Position numbers and translations under genes: made by a program
Shown here: positions 9,480-19,565 of the stretch, piece after piece
How positions within the stretch are numbered: position 1 is the first letter of the stretch
Layout: each line of letters begins with the position of its first letter
Notes under the pieces: model-generated
Told to the model about the DNA's origin: nothing
The model's input: only the letters and a program-made list of their open reading frames with translations
The model's database searches: none
NCBI GenBank assembly: GCA_035549735.1
Contig: DASZQI010000100.1
Location: forward strand, 77,165 to 141,164
Direction of reading: 5' to 3'
Source: Polyangiaceae bacterium
GTDB lineage: Bacteria > Myxococcota_A > Polyangia > Polyangiales > Polyangiaceae
DNA length: 64,000 bases

Positions 9480-9520
9480 ACGGCAAAAGATGAGCGGACT
9501 TGAGCCGAAACGCGTCGGGC

Positions 9521-10339
9521 CTAGAGCCGGGCAGCAGCCATGAGCGCGCGCGGCGCGCGGCTGAGCGCGCTTTGAATCGCGGCCGCCAGCACCTCACGCC
9601 GCAGCACGGCGGTCGCGGCCCGATCGGCGGCTTCTTTTTCGGTGGCCGCCGCGCTCGCGCTGCCCGAGATGCGGCCCAAAATCGCTTCGTCCGGCAGGGT
9701 GTGCAGGATGTATTCGATGCTGGCCGAGTAGACGATCGAGTCGCCGTCGCGCGAGGCAGCCAGCCGCTGAATGCTGGGCGTAATCATGACCTGCGGGGCG
9801 TCGTCGGATTTCGCCGTGGCCGGTTCGGTCGACACGACCTCCACGCCTGGCATCTCGGTCAGCTTCTTGCGGGATTCGGCCAGAATCTCGCGCTCCAGCG
9901 CGGGCGACTTCACGCGCGTGCTGTTGTGAACGCCGCCGAGCTTCACCACGATGCGATGCGTTTCGGGCGCCTCGCCGGCTTCGGTCTTCGGCGGCGTGAG
10001 CGCGACCAGCGCGCCTTGAATGGCGCTGCGCACGTTGCTCGATGAATCCGAGAGGTGGAGCTTCAACAGCTGAATCGCGCGCGGCTCGCCCAGCTTGCCG
10101 AGCGCGGCAGCGGCCGCTGCTCGCACTGACGCATCGCCGTCATCGAGCGCGTCCGAGAGCGGGGCGAACGCCCGCGAGTCGTGGCTCTTGCCGAGCTCGA
10201 GCGCCGCTTGCACGCGCACCCGAAAGTCCGGGCTCTCCTTCAGCCGCTCGGTGAGCGCGTCCAACTTGGGGCGAGCCCCGGCCGAGAGCGCTATCGAGAC
10301 GAGGGTGGTGAAGACTGTTGCGCGAATCCAGCGTTGCAT
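9521..10339 (-). CDS. Exported HEAT-repeat protein
   Basis: Signal peptide; DFRVRVQAALELG, DASVRAAAAAALGKLG, SSNVRSA HEAT repeats. Confidence 0.8.
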   Translation of the reverse strand: MQRWIRATVFTTLVSIALSAGARPKLDALTERLKESPDFRVRVQAALELGKSHDSRAFAPLSDALDDGDASVRAAAAAALGKLGEPRAIQLLKLHLSDSSSNVRSAIQGALVALTPPKTEAGEAPETHRIVVKLGGVHNSTRVKSPALEREILAESRKKLTEMPGVEVVSTEPATAKSDDAPQVMITPSIQRLAASRDGDSIVYSASIEYILHTLPDEAILGRISGSASAAATEKEAADRAATAVLRREVLAAAIQSALSRAPRALMAAARL

Positions 10340-10485
10340 GGCGTTGTCAGCGGTTCCTTTGATAGTCGCTGAACATACGACCAAGTGGCAAGTTCACTTG
10401 CTAGTTCGACGCGAGTTCGGTCGCAGCTCGGCTGGCAGTGTGGGCGATGGACCCACGTCGACGCGAAAAGCGCGGCGCTCGCTGC

Positions 10486-11058
10486 CTACATCAGCGACTT
10501 CAGCTCTTCGCGCAGACCGGCTTCGTCACCGGGGCTGAAGCCGGCGTGCACGAAGCGAATGATTCCGCTCGAGTCGACGATGAAGCTCGTGGGCATCTTG
10601 GGCGGCTCGTAGCTGCGCGCTGCGGTTTGCCCCTCGTCCCAACCGATCGGGAATTTGGCGCCAGTGGCCTTCGCAAAAGCGGGGATGTCGCCCGGACTCT
10701 CATCCACGCTCACCCCGAGCACCACCACCTTGCCGGCGAAGTCTTGGGTCAGCTTCTGGTAGGCGGGAAAGGACTTACGGCAGGGTTCGCACCAGGTCGC
10801 CCAGAAGTCGACGACCACCACTTTGCCAGCGTGTTCGGCGAGCGTGACCCGACCCTTGCCGTCCGGCGTCGGCACTTCGAGCGCGGGCGCCGCGACGCCG
10901 AGCAGCGGGTGCTCGGAGACTGCATGCGCGGCACCCCCACCGCCGCCTGCGCCGTTGCAAGCGGAGAGCGCGGGCGAAGCGAGCAGGGCCGCTACGAGCG
11001 CTGTGGCTCGCAGCGGCTGGAATGCGGTTCGCGCCCGCTCACTTCTTCTTCTTCGCAT
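10486..11058 (-). CDS. TlpA/ResA-family thiol:disulfide oxidoreductase lipoprotein (CEPC)
   Basis: VVVVDFWATWCEPC, GVSVD, KMPTSFIVD; lipobox ALSAC. Start uncertain. Confidence 0.9.
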   Translation of the reverse strand: MRRRRSERARTAFQPLRATALVAALLASPALSACNGAGGGGGAAHAVSEHPLLGVAAPALEVPTPDGKGRVTLAEHAGKVVVVDFWATWCEPCRKSFPAYQKLTQDFAGKVVVLGVSVDESPGDIPAFAKATGAKFPIGWDEGQTAARSYEPPKMPTSFIVDSSGIIRFVHAGFSPGDEAGLREELKSLM

Positions 11059-12517
11059 CCTGCGCGGACTCGTCGGGGCAGCCATCTTCGTCCTCGAAGC
11101 CGTTCATCGTTTCGGGTTCGTCGATGCACTCGTCCTGGTCGTCCAGGATGCCGTCCTTGTCGTTGTCCGGATCCGGGCAGCCGTCCGTGTCCTCGAAGCC
11201 GTCGGTATCTTCGGCCTCGGTCGGGCACTTGTCGGTCGCGTCGGGCACGCCGTCGTTGTCGACATCGGACTCGTCGGGGCAGCCGTCCTCGTCCTTGTAG
11301 TTGTTGCGGGTTTCAGCGCCCATCGGGCACTGATCCGCGGTGTCGGCGAGGCCGTCCTTGTCGTTGTCGAGGTCCGGGCAGCCGTCGGTGTCCTCGAAGC
11401 CGTCCGCGTCCTCGGCCTGCATCGGGCACTTGTCGGCGGCGTCGGGGATCGAGTCGAGATCGTTGTCCTTGTCCGGGCAACCGTCGCTGTCCTCGTAGCC
11501 GTCCTTGTCTTCGGGCTCGGTCGGACATTGGTCGAGGTGGTTCTCGATGCCGTCGTTGTCGTCGTCCTTCGACTCCATCAAATACATGAAGCCGAGCACC
11601 GCACGAACGTCGGGCGCGCCGACGCCCTTCACCAGGCTGGTCCCGGCGCCGAGCGTGAACGCGACCGGGAGCGTGAGCGGCTGAGCCTGGACCGCGCCCA
11701 ACAGCTCGAGCGTATTCGCCCCGGGGGTCGACGACAGCCGCGTGCTGCCGAACATGTCGACCATGGCCTTGAACACCGGACTCACCTTGAAGCCGGCACC
11801 CACGCTATAGCGCGCTTCGGAGCCGAGCGTGGTCTTGCCGACGTCCGCCTTGCCCCGGAACATGCCGCCCAGGTTCGCGGCGTAGGAAATGGGGCCACGC
11901 TGGCCGTCGATGATCGCGCGCAAAATGAGGGTCGGCGTCTTGTCGCCGATGTACTTGTCCTCAGCGGTGAGCTTGCCGAGCGGCGCGGTGACGCCGACCG
12001 CCGCGCCGAGCACGAACGGGCCGTCGACCTCACCATAGAGGCGACCCTTGCCCTCGAGCTCGAAATCGCCAATGCCGACCGCGCTCAGGCCTTTGTTTGC
12101 CGGCGTGCCGTCGGTCGAGATGCCCTGGCCCTTGACCCAGCTGAGCGGCAGGCGCGCGCCGAGCTGGAGCCGGGGAATGATCGTGAATGAGCCGAGCAGA
12201 TCGGCGGTCATCAGGTTCTCGACCACCCGCACGGTGCGAACCTGCTGCGCCATCGACTCGCTACAGCTCTCGCCGGTGCGGGTGGTGCAGCTCTTGACCG
12301 AAAAAGGCCGGTAGCCGTAGTGCAGCAACAGCCCCGCCGTCCACGCCTTCTCGCCGTCGGTGCGGGCACCGCGGGTCACCAAGTAGTTGCGTGGGCCGGG
12401 CGCCGATTGAAAGCGCTCCACGCTGAACGTTGGCTCGACTTGCGTCTGCGCGCTGGCTTCGTGGGCGAGCGACAGAACGGGCAAAGAAAGCACGAGCGAC
12501 GCAACGAGGCGCGACAC
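11039..12517 (-). CDS. Outer-membrane beta-barrel with five thrombospondin type-3 repeats (TraB/OmpA-like architecture, no C-terminal OmpA domain)
   Basis: Signal peptide ending AHEASA; barrel-like strands; five ~33-aa DxDxDG..D..D.CP...E..DG..D.DGCPD repeats; stops at QDAKKKK. GTG 12517 chosen as start; the track's extension to 13270 is antisense to the kinase. Confidence 0.8.
   Translation of the reverse strand: MSRLVASLVLSLPVLSLAHEASAQTQVEPTFSVERFQSAPGPRNYLVTRGARTDGEKAWTAGLLLHYGYRPFSVKSCTTRTGESCSESMAQQVRTVRVVENLMTADLLGSFTIIPRLQLGARLPLSWVKGQGISTDGTPANKGLSAVGIGDFELEGKGRLYGEVDGPFVLGAAVGVTAPLGKLTAEDKYIGDKTPTLILRAIIDGQRGPISYAANLGGMFRGKADVGKTTLGSEARYSVGAGFKVSPVFKAMVDMFGSTRLSSTPGANTLELLGAVQAQPLTLPVAFTLGAGTSLVKGVGAPDVRAVLGFMYLMESKDDDNDGIENHLDQCPTEPEDKDGYEDSDGCPDKDNDLDSIPDAADKCPMQAEDADGFEDTDGCPDLDNDKDGLADTADQCPMGAETRNNYKDEDGCPDESDVDNDGVPDATDKCPTEAEDTDGFEDTDGCPDPDNDKDGILDDQDECIDEPETMNGFEDEDGCPDESAQDAKKKK
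11060..11570 (-). repeat. TSP type-3 Ca-binding coding repeats (5 x ~99 bp)
   Basis: Repeated DGCPD motifs. Confidence 0.85.
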
Positions 12518-12703
12518 GCTCGCGGAAGGACCGACATGACGACTACGAAACCTGTGCAAGCGCTGCCTCCTGCGGGAAAGTTCGTGAGCCCCGAGAAACG
12601 GTGACCCGCGACCCTTCGTAAGCACCACCGATATCGAGTCCGCGGCTTTTCCGCAAGTTCCGAAGTTTCCGTATGCACTGAAGCGGTGCGCGGTGCGCGG
12701 TCG

Positions 12704-13843
12704 ATGTATGCTCGAAGCGCCGTGCTCTGCCGAGGCTGTCGTGTGACCATCGAGGACAGCGCCCGCTTCTGCACCTCGTGTGGACTTGCGGTGGCTGCGC
12801 CTGCTCGCCTCGGGCGTGGCAGCACGCTGCGCCTCGACGACTGGGCAGAGGTTTTGCTCGCCGAGCCGCTCGGTCAGGGCGGAATGGGCGTGGTGCATCG
12901 GGGCTGGCTCGAATACTCCGCTACCGGCCGGCTGGCAGGCGCCCCCGGCCACCCGGTCGCTGTAAAGGTGCTGCGGCTGGAGCTGCGCAGCAGTGAGCGC
13001 GCCCGGCAGCTTTTTCAACGCGAAGCCAGGGCGCTCGAGCGCCTGGCGCACCCCAACGTGGTGCGCTTCGTTGGACTCACCGAGGGTGAGGGTCAGCTCG
13101 CGATCGTCATGGAATACGTGCAGGGCTCGCCGCTTTCGCACGTGATTCACGCGGCCGACAAAGCGCGCGCGAGCAGCGATCAGCCCTGCCTCCCGCCGGA
13201 CCAGGCCTGGCACTGCTTTTCGCAGCTGCTCGGCGCGCTGGCAGCGGTGCACGCGCTCGGCATTCTGCATCGCGACGTGAAAGCCGCGAACGTGCTGGTT
13301 CGTCCGGATGGAGTCACCAAGCTCACCGATTTCGGCATCGCGCGTTTGCCCGAGAGCGGGCCCGGCGGCACGGGCGGCATGATCGCCGGCACCGGCGCGT
13401 ACATGTCTCCGGAGCAGGTGCGCGGCGATCCGCTCGACCCGCGCGCGGATCTCTATTCGGCCGCAATTCTGCTGTACGAAATGCTCACCGGCCGTACCCC
13501 GTTCGACACGCCGGAGCGGGACGAGTTGATGCTGCGAACCGCGCAGCTCGACGAAGCGCCGCCGCCCCTGGGCTCACTGCTGCCCTCGCTGCCCCGGGAG
13601 CTCGACCAGGTGATGGCGCACGCGCTCGCCAAGGATCGCCAGCACCGCTATCACACGGCGGTCGATCTCGGGGAGGCCGTGCGTCAGGCATTCGGCTTCG
13701 AGCCAGGGCAGGGCTGGGCCGCCCAGCGCGAATTTGCGAGCATCGCTCGGACCATCTCCGAACCAATCCCCGCGGCCGATCCGGAGCTGATTGCGCAAGC
13801 AGAACGGCTGCGCACCGCCATGATGACCCCCCTCGGGTCGTAA
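12704..13843 (+). CDS. Cytoplasmic Ser/Thr kinase with N-terminal zinc ribbon
   Basis: CRGC-x10-CTSC, LGQGGMGVV, VAVK, HRDVKAAN, DFG, YMSPE; no TM. Confidence 0.92.
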   Translation: MYARSAVLCRGCRVTIEDSARFCTSCGLAVAAPARLGRGSTLRLDDWAEVLLAEPLGQGGMGVVHRGWLEYSATGRLAGAPGHPVAVKVLRLELRSSERARQLFQREARALERLAHPNVVRFVGLTEGEGQLAIVMEYVQGSPLSHVIHAADKARASSDQPCLPPDQAWHCFSQLLGALAAVHALGILHRDVKAANVLVRPDGVTKLTDFGIARLPESGPGGTGGMIAGTGAYMSPEQVRGDPLDPRADLYSAAILLYEMLTGRTPFDTPERDELMLRTAQLDEAPPPLGSLLPSLPRELDQVMAHALAKDRQHRYHTAVDLGEAVRQAFGFEPGQGWAAQREFASIARTISEPIPAADPELIAQAERLRTAMMTPLGS

Positions 13844-13958
13844 CGCGGCCGGTGGTCCGCGGCGGCCGCGCAAAGTCCCCCTTGCCCTCCCCTGCCCCGC
13901 GTGCGAAAGGACCGCCACGGACTTACCCGGTTTTTCCGCGGTGAGCCTCGGATCCTCG

Positions 13959-16097
13959 ATGATGCAGACTCGCTTTCGCCCGGTATTCGTCGCGCTTGGT
14001 TCGCTCCTGCTCGCAAACGCGGCCCTCGCACAAGAGCCGGCCAAGCCCGCTCCGGCTGCGAAACCCGCAGCCGCCAAGCCCGCTGCGGCGAAGCCGGCCG
14101 CCGCGGCCAAGCCTGCTGCCGCCGCCAAACCGGTTGCGCCCGCAGCGGCAGAGCCAGCGCCCGCGCCCCACGCGGACGAGACCGAAGCCCCTGCGGACGA
14201 CGCCGAAGCGCCTGCAGCTTCCGAACCGACCGAGCCAGTCGCGCCGGCACCCACTCTGCCGCCCGCAGCCCCGCCCGCCGCAGCACGCGCCAGCGCACTG
14301 CCCGCATTCCCCGAGCCCGGCGCAGACGCCGCCGCGCTGCAACGCATGGGTCACGATCGGCCGGCCCCGGCTCGCCCCGCGGATGACACCGACGTGTACG
14401 CGGACGATTGGTGGAGCCACGCGCGCCCGATCCTCGAGCTGCACGGCAACTTCCGCGTGCGCGCGGAGATGTTTTACCGCTTTTCGCTCGGCCGAATCGA
14501 TCACGCAGCCGCGTCGATGTGGCCGCGCCCGCCAGACGCGCCGTACAACGACTTTCCCTCGAGCAACGCCTCGAATTCGTCGCTCTGCACCCGAAACGAA
14601 GCGGACGCTGGCTCCTCCAACAGCGTGTCGGACTTGGTGCCCTGCCAAAACCACACGCAAGCCGGCGCCAACCTGCGCTTCCGTTTGAACCCGGAAATTC
14701 ACGTTTCGGACAACTTGCGCGTGCTGTCCGAAATCGACCTGCTCGACAACCTGGTGCTCGGTTCGACGCCGAGCCCGCGCAACGGTTACGAGCCGATCGG
14801 CTTCAATTCGCAAACCACCGATCCATCACTCGCCAACTCCATCCGCGTGAAGCGAGTGTGGGGGGAGTACTCGACTCCGGTCGGCGAGCTGCGCTTTGGG
14901 CGCATGCCGAACCACTGGGGCCTCGGCATGGTCAACAACTCGGGCGACGGCTACGACGGCGACTACCAGTCGACCATCGATCGCCTGCAGTTCGTCGCGG
15001 GTATCAAGCCGCTCGAGCTATACGTGTCCGGCGCCTGGGATTTCCCGAACGAAGGGCAAACCAACTCGGCGCTCGCCGGCCTCGGCGGCGACGACGCAGT
15101 CGCTCGCTCGTACAGCCAATCTTACGATCTCGCGCAGCTCGACGACGTCGACCAATACGTGGTCAGCGTCGTGCGCAAGAAGAGCCCGGAGCTCACCAAG
15201 CTCTCGCTCACGCGCGGAAATCTGGTGATCAACGGCGGGGTGCAGCTCACCTACCGCAAGCAGCTGATCGCCAACGAACGGTTTCCGGTCGCCACCGGCA
15301 ACGCGGCCATCACCGGCGAGCAGTACGTGCGCCGCGACGCGCACTACTGGCTGCCCGACCTCTGGCTCCAGCTCTTGTACAAGGGTTTCCGCTTCGAAGC
15401 CGAGGCGGCCACCGTGCAAGGCTCGATCGGCTATGGCGGCAACAACATCGGTGCCCTCACCGACAGCGACAAATACACCTTGGCTCAGTGGGGCCTGGTC
15501 ACCGAGCTCGAACAAAAGCTGGTCGAAAACCGGCTGCGGCTCGGTTTCGGCTTCGGTTGGGCCTCGGGCGACGCGGACGTCGATGGCTTGGTGCCTGGCG
15601 AACCGCAGAACAACCTCGGCGCGCCCTTCGGTCAAATCGGTGGCGACCGCACGATCTCCACGTTCCGATTCAACCCCGCGTATCGCAACGATCTGATCCT
15701 GTCGCGCAACATCCTGTCGCGCGTGCAGGGCACCTACTACTTCCGCCCGAGCCTCGGTTACGACTTCGTGCACGACGCCACCGGCCAAACGCTCGGCGGC
15801 TCCGTGGCGGGTATTTGGACTCGCGCGAGCCAATTCATCCAGGCTCCCGGCCACGACCGCGACCTTGGCCTCGAGCTCAACGGCGCGGTCTACTTCCAGT
15901 CGAAGGACGGCGCGGTGAACGACGATCCGACCCAGATGGGCGGCTTCTACGCTCGGCTCGAGTACGGCATCCTGTTCCCCATGGCAGGCCTCGGCTATCC
16001 CCCCGGCACCTCGGCCCTCATCAAGGACCAGCTGGGCACGTCGGCGGACACCTCGAGCGCGCAGATTCTGCGGCTGTATCTCGGGGTCCTGTTCTAG
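13959..16097 (+). CDS. TIGR04551-like myxobacterial outer-membrane beta-barrel protein
   Basis: Signal peptide, Ala/Pro/Lys-rich N-linker, LELHGNFRVRAE, GELRFGRMPNHWGLGM, FRFNPAYRNDLIL, C-terminal YLGVLF (terminal Phe). Family recognised from memory. Confidence 0.75.
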   Translation: MMQTRFRPVFVALGSLLLANAALAQEPAKPAPAAKPAAAKPAAAKPAAAAKPAAAAKPVAPAAAEPAPAPHADETEAPADDAEAPAASEPTEPVAPAPTLPPAAPPAAARASALPAFPEPGADAAALQRMGHDRPAPARPADDTDVYADDWWSHARPILELHGNFRVRAEMFYRFSLGRIDHAAASMWPRPPDAPYNDFPSSNASNSSLCTRNEADAGSSNSVSDLVPCQNHTQAGANLRFRLNPEIHVSDNLRVLSEIDLLDNLVLGSTPSPRNGYEPIGFNSQTTDPSLANSIRVKRVWGEYSTPVGELRFGRMPNHWGLGMVNNSGDGYDGDYQSTIDRLQFVAGIKPLELYVSGAWDFPNEGQTNSALAGLGGDDAVARSYSQSYDLAQLDDVDQYVVSVVRKKSPELTKLSLTRGNLVINGGVQLTYRKQLIANERFPVATGNAAITGEQYVRRDAHYWLPDLWLQLLYKGFRFEAEAATVQGSIGYGGNNIGALTDSDKYTLAQWGLVTELEQKLVENRLRLGFGFGWASGDADVDGLVPGEPQNNLGAPFGQIGGDRTISTFRFNPAYRNDLILSRNILSRVQGTYYFRPSLGYDFVHDATGQTLGGSVAGIWTRASQFIQAPGHDRDLGLELNGAVYFQSKDGAVNDDPTQMGGFYARLEYGILFPMAGLGYPPGTSALIKDQLGTSADTSSAQILRLYLGVLF
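14038..14135 (+). repeat. 15/18-bp coding repeat (AAKPA)n
   Basis: PAKPAPAAKPAAAKPAAAKPAAAAKPAAAAKP. Confidence 0.8.
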
Positions 16098-16133
16098 AAG
16101 GCCGGGCTCGCCGCGCGGGGTTATACTCCGGGC

Positions 16134-17048
16134 GTGCGACCCCTCTCGTTTCTCGCTTTCGGCGCGCTCGCGGTCCTCGGCTGCTCGAGCGAACCGCGCG
16201 ACTCGACCGCGAGTGGCGGCGCCCGCGCCACCGGCGGTAGCAACTCGAGCGGCGGCAGCGCCGCGACCGGCGGCGGGAGCAGCACCGGCGGCGCGAAATG
16301 CGAAGCCGGCCCTGGCTACCAGAGCGACGCCGCGCCCCAGCGCGTGAACGCGGTCTCTGCAGAGCTGGTCGACCTCGACGAGCAACCGCTTTCGCTCGAG
16401 TTCGTGCAGGTGTGCGGCACCGATATCTGCATTCAGGGGCAGAGCAGCGAGTCGGGCAAGGTCCTGGTCTCGCCCGGCGAGAACATCACGCTGCCCGCAT
16501 TCAAGTTTGGCGAGGGCAAGACCAGTCCCCGCTTTGCGCGCTTGCTACCGAATCAGCCCAACGTGGATTTCGGCGTGGTGCACAGCGTGCGCCTGCCCCC
16601 GTTCAGCGAAGGCGTGGCCCTGCTCGCCGGCAAGGCCGCAGGCTCGGGTGGGCTCACGCTGACTCCCGCCGCGGGCAGCGCGATCAAGATCGACAAGCTC
16701 ACCTTCGGTGAAGCCGAAGAACAAACCCTGCGCGCGGTGCAAATCCCCATCGCGCAAGCAGGCGACCTGATCGACGAACAATTGGGGCTCGAGCTGCTGT
16801 ATGCGGCCTCGCCCACCAGCACTCAGTTTTGCCCGCCAGCGCGACTCGCAGTCGAGAACAGCGAAGGCTGGGAGCCCGGCACCGCGGTCGAGGTGCTGCT
16901 GCACGGCGTCGAGATCGACGAAGAGTGGGCGCCGTATGGCGGATGGGCCAAAGTGAGCGACGCGGTGGTGAGCGACGACGGCACGCAAATCGAGACCACC
17001 GAGCCCGGGCTGCCGCTGCTCGGCGTGCTCGGTTTTCGTAGAAAATGA
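16134..17048 (+). CDS. Hypothetical lipoprotein (Gly/Ser linker, beta-rich domain)
   Basis: Lipobox LAVLGC; VQVCGTDIC; ATGA overlap with the next gene; TATACT 6 nt upstream of the GTG suggests a leaderless start. Confidence 0.7.
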   Translation: MRPLSFLAFGALAVLGCSSEPRDSTASGGARATGGSNSSGGSAATGGGSSTGGAKCEAGPGYQSDAAPQRVNAVSAELVDLDEQPLSLEFVQVCGTDICIQGQSSESGKVLVSPGENITLPAFKFGEGKTSPRFARLLPNQPNVDFGVVHSVRLPPFSEGVALLAGKAAGSGGLTLTPAAGSAIKIDKLTFGEAEEQTLRAVQIPIAQAGDLIDEQLGLELLYAASPTSTQFCPPARLAVENSEGWEPGTAVEVLLHGVEIDEEWAPYGGWAKVSDAVVSDDGTQIETTEPGLPLLGVLGFRRK

Positions 17049-17722
17049 GCTTGTTTTGCCGCCCCAACGCGCGCGCCGCTTCGGCTTTCTTCGCCACGGC
17101 GCTGCTCGGGCTCGCGGCGGTCGCGCTGACCGCGTGCGGCAGTAACAAGCCCGAGCTCCCACCCGGCGCCAGCCCACCCGAAAGCTGCTTCGCGCCGAGC
17201 TATCCGCCCGCGCCGTATGGAAGCGAGCCGGGCTCGGTGCTGCGTAACCTCTGCTTTCAGGGCTGGAGGGCCCCCGATCGAATCGCTCACCGCGAGGACA
17301 CGCTCGAGCCCATCGCGCTCTCGGATTTCTACGATCCGGAGGGTTCCCGGAACATCAAGGTGCTGCTGGTCAACACCGCGGCGGTGTGGTGTTCGGCGTG
17401 CCGCATCGAGCACGAAACGCTGCCCGAGCACGCGCGCGAGCTCGGCCCGCGAGGTCTGGTCATTCTGAGCGCGCTGTTTCAAGACCAGGGCCGTAACCCG
17501 GCCACGGTCGAAGATCTGCAACTGTGGACCGAGACCTTTTCGAGTAACTTCCCGATGGTGCTCGACCCCAGCTACCGTTTTGGCCTGTTCGCGTCGGCCG
17601 AGACCGCTCCGCTCAACCTGGTCATCGACGCGCGAACCATGACGCTCATCAGTAAATTCGTGGGCGACCAGGCCGCGGTGATGTGGCCGACCATCGAAGG
17701 CGCGCTCGACCGCGCGAAGTGA
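17045..17722 (+). CDS. Thioredoxin-fold (redoxin) lipoprotein (CSAC)
   Basis: Lipobox ALTAC; NTAAVWCSAC; APLNLVIDARTM (cis-Pro region). Confidence 0.85.
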   Translation: MSLFCRPNARAASAFFATALLGLAAVALTACGSNKPELPPGASPPESCFAPSYPPAPYGSEPGSVLRNLCFQGWRAPDRIAHREDTLEPIALSDFYDPEGSRNIKVLLVNTAAVWCSACRIEHETLPEHARELGPRGLVILSALFQDQGRNPATVEDLQLWTETFSSNFPMVLDPSYRFGLFASAETAPLNLVIDARTMTLISKFVGDQAAVMWPTIEGALDRAK

Positions 17723-17726
17723 GCCG

Positions 17727-19340
17727 CTACGAGCTGCAAGAAAGCATCGAGCAGCCGGCTCGATTACGCGCCCATTCCGGGCGTTTACCCGCGAATTGCT
17801 CCTTACCCGGCTGCTCGTCGAACGGCCGCCGCAGCACCTCGAGCAGCTCTGAAACCATCGCGTTGTCGCCCTGCTCGGCGCGATCGATCGCCATTTGCGC
17901 CACGTAGTTGCGCAGCACGTACTTGGGGTTCACCGCGTCCATCGCGCGCTTACGCTGCGCGTCCGGCGTGCGGTCCTCACCGACGCGCGCGACGTAACGG
18001 CGCAGCCACCCGGTCAGCCGAGCACGATGCTCCACCGGCACCGCCTCCGGCTCATAAAACGCTTCTTGCAGCGGCGCGAGTAGCGCGTCGTCATTCGCCG
18101 TCGCGACCTCCCCTTCCGCGCTGACCAGCGCCAGCCGGCGAAAGAAGATCGTCATGTCGGTCTCCACGGCCGCCAGCAGCTCGAACAGCTCCGCCACGAG
18201 CTCGCTGTCCGGAGTTCTGGGCGCACCGGACGGGTCGACCTCGTCCTCGCGCAGCTCTGAAATGCCCAGCTTTGTCGCCCATTTTCGATCGAGCGCAGCC
18301 TCCAGCGTCACGCGGTAGCTCTTGAGCGCGGCCTCGAGCGGCTCCACCTCGCCGAGCAGCGGCTGAATGGCGGTGCCCAAACACGCGAGGTTCCAGAGCG
18401 CAACGCGCGGCTGGCTGATGTAACGATAGCGACGCCCCGCGGCGTCGGTGATGTTCGGCGTCCAATCGGGCGCGTAGTCGTCCAAAAAGCCGTACGGCCC
18501 GTAGTCGATGGTCAGCCCCAGGATCGACATGTTGTCGGTGTTCATCACGCCGTGCACGAAGCCGACCCCCATCCAATGCGCAATCAGCTCCGCCGTACGC
18601 CGCGTGACTTCGGCGAACCAAGCCGCGTAGGCGGCAGGTGAAGGCTCGCCGAGCTCCGGAAAGTACGTGCGAATCGTGTAGTCGACCAGGCGACGAAGCA
18701 CCGGAAGCTCATCGCGAGCCGCAAAAATCTCGTAGTTTCCGAAGCGCAAGAAGGACGGAGCGACCCGACACACCACCGCACCGGGCTCTTCTCGCGGGTG
18801 CCCATCATAAAGAATGTCGCGCGTCACGCTCTCACCGGTGGTCACCAAAGAAAGCGCGCGCGTGGTCGGAACGCCGAGCGCGTGCATGGCCTCGCTGCAC
18901 AAAAACTCGCGCACCGACGAGCGCAGCACCGCGCGCCCATCCGCGCGCCGCGAGTAAGGCGTCGGCCCTGCCCCCTTCAGCTGCACTTCCCAGTGCTCGC
19001 CGCGAGCGTTCTTGACCTCGCCGAGGGTGATCGCGCGCCCGTCGCCCAACTGCCCTGCCCAGTTTCCAAACTGATGACCGCCATAGCAGGCCGAAGCGGC
19101 GTCCATCCCGGGCAGCAATTGGTTGCCCGCGAACACCTGAGCAAACGTGTCACTTTGCAGAAACGACTCCGGCAAATCGAGCAGCGACGCCACCTCGGAG
19201 GAGACGGCAATCACGCTGGGACTCTTGACCTTGGTCGGCTGCACTCGCGAAAAGCACGCGCCGAGCACCTCGCGCGAGCGGTTCAGGTCACTCGGGTCGA
19301 TGGGCAAGCTGCGGAGCGCGCGGTTGTCGAACGTGAGCAT
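17727..19340 (-). CDS. selO: Protein adenylyltransferase SelO (YdiU)
   Basis: YGGHQFGNWAGQLGDGRA, QLKGAGPTPYSRRADGRAVLRSS.REFLCSEAM, HGVMNTDN, IDYGPYG, C-terminal GCSMLSCSS. Confidence 0.96.
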   Translation of the reverse strand: MLTFDNRALRSLPIDPSDLNRSREVLGACFSRVQPTKVKSPSVIAVSSEVASLLDLPESFLQSDTFAQVFAGNQLLPGMDAASACYGGHQFGNWAGQLGDGRAITLGEVKNARGEHWEVQLKGAGPTPYSRRADGRAVLRSSVREFLCSEAMHALGVPTTRALSLVTTGESVTRDILYDGHPREEPGAVVCRVAPSFLRFGNYEIFAARDELPVLRRLVDYTIRTYFPELGEPSPAAYAAWFAEVTRRTAELIAHWMGVGFVHGVMNTDNMSILGLTIDYGPYGFLDDYAPDWTPNITDAAGRRYRYISQPRVALWNLACLGTAIQPLLGEVEPLEAALKSYRVTLEAALDRKWATKLGISELREDEVDPSGAPRTPDSELVAELFELLAAVETDMTIFFRRLALVSAEGEVATANDDALLAPLQEAFYEPEAVPVEHRARLTGWLRRYVARVGEDRTPDAQRKRAMDAVNPKYVLRNYVAQMAIDRAEQGDNAMVSELLEVLRRPFDEQPGKEQFAGKRPEWARNRAGCSMLSCSS

Positions 19341-19565
19341 GGGCCGCACAGGTCTAGCAGGGCCGCGAAAAGCCGCCCGAATCGTAACGAGTGCTGGTTT
19401 TGGGTGGCCACCCAGTAAAGGGCGCGCTCGCCGTGATTCACGACCGTAGGCAACCGAAACCGGCGCATCTCGGCAAAGCAGCCACGCCTGCCCGCCCCTG
19501 GGACGGCCGCGCATGGATTTGACAGCCAAAGCGGGCGAAGGCTAGCTCCCTGCACTCTGCTGCCG

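Noticed and set aside
12518-13270. N-terminal extension of the TSP3 barrel ORF
   Set aside because: Overlaps the opposite-strand kinase, and the signal peptide begins near 12517.
17727-17760. Selenocysteine readthrough at the SelO C-terminus or in the thioredoxin motifs
   Set aside because: SelO ends CSS-TAG, and all CxxC motifs use Cys codons; no in-frame TGA was seen.
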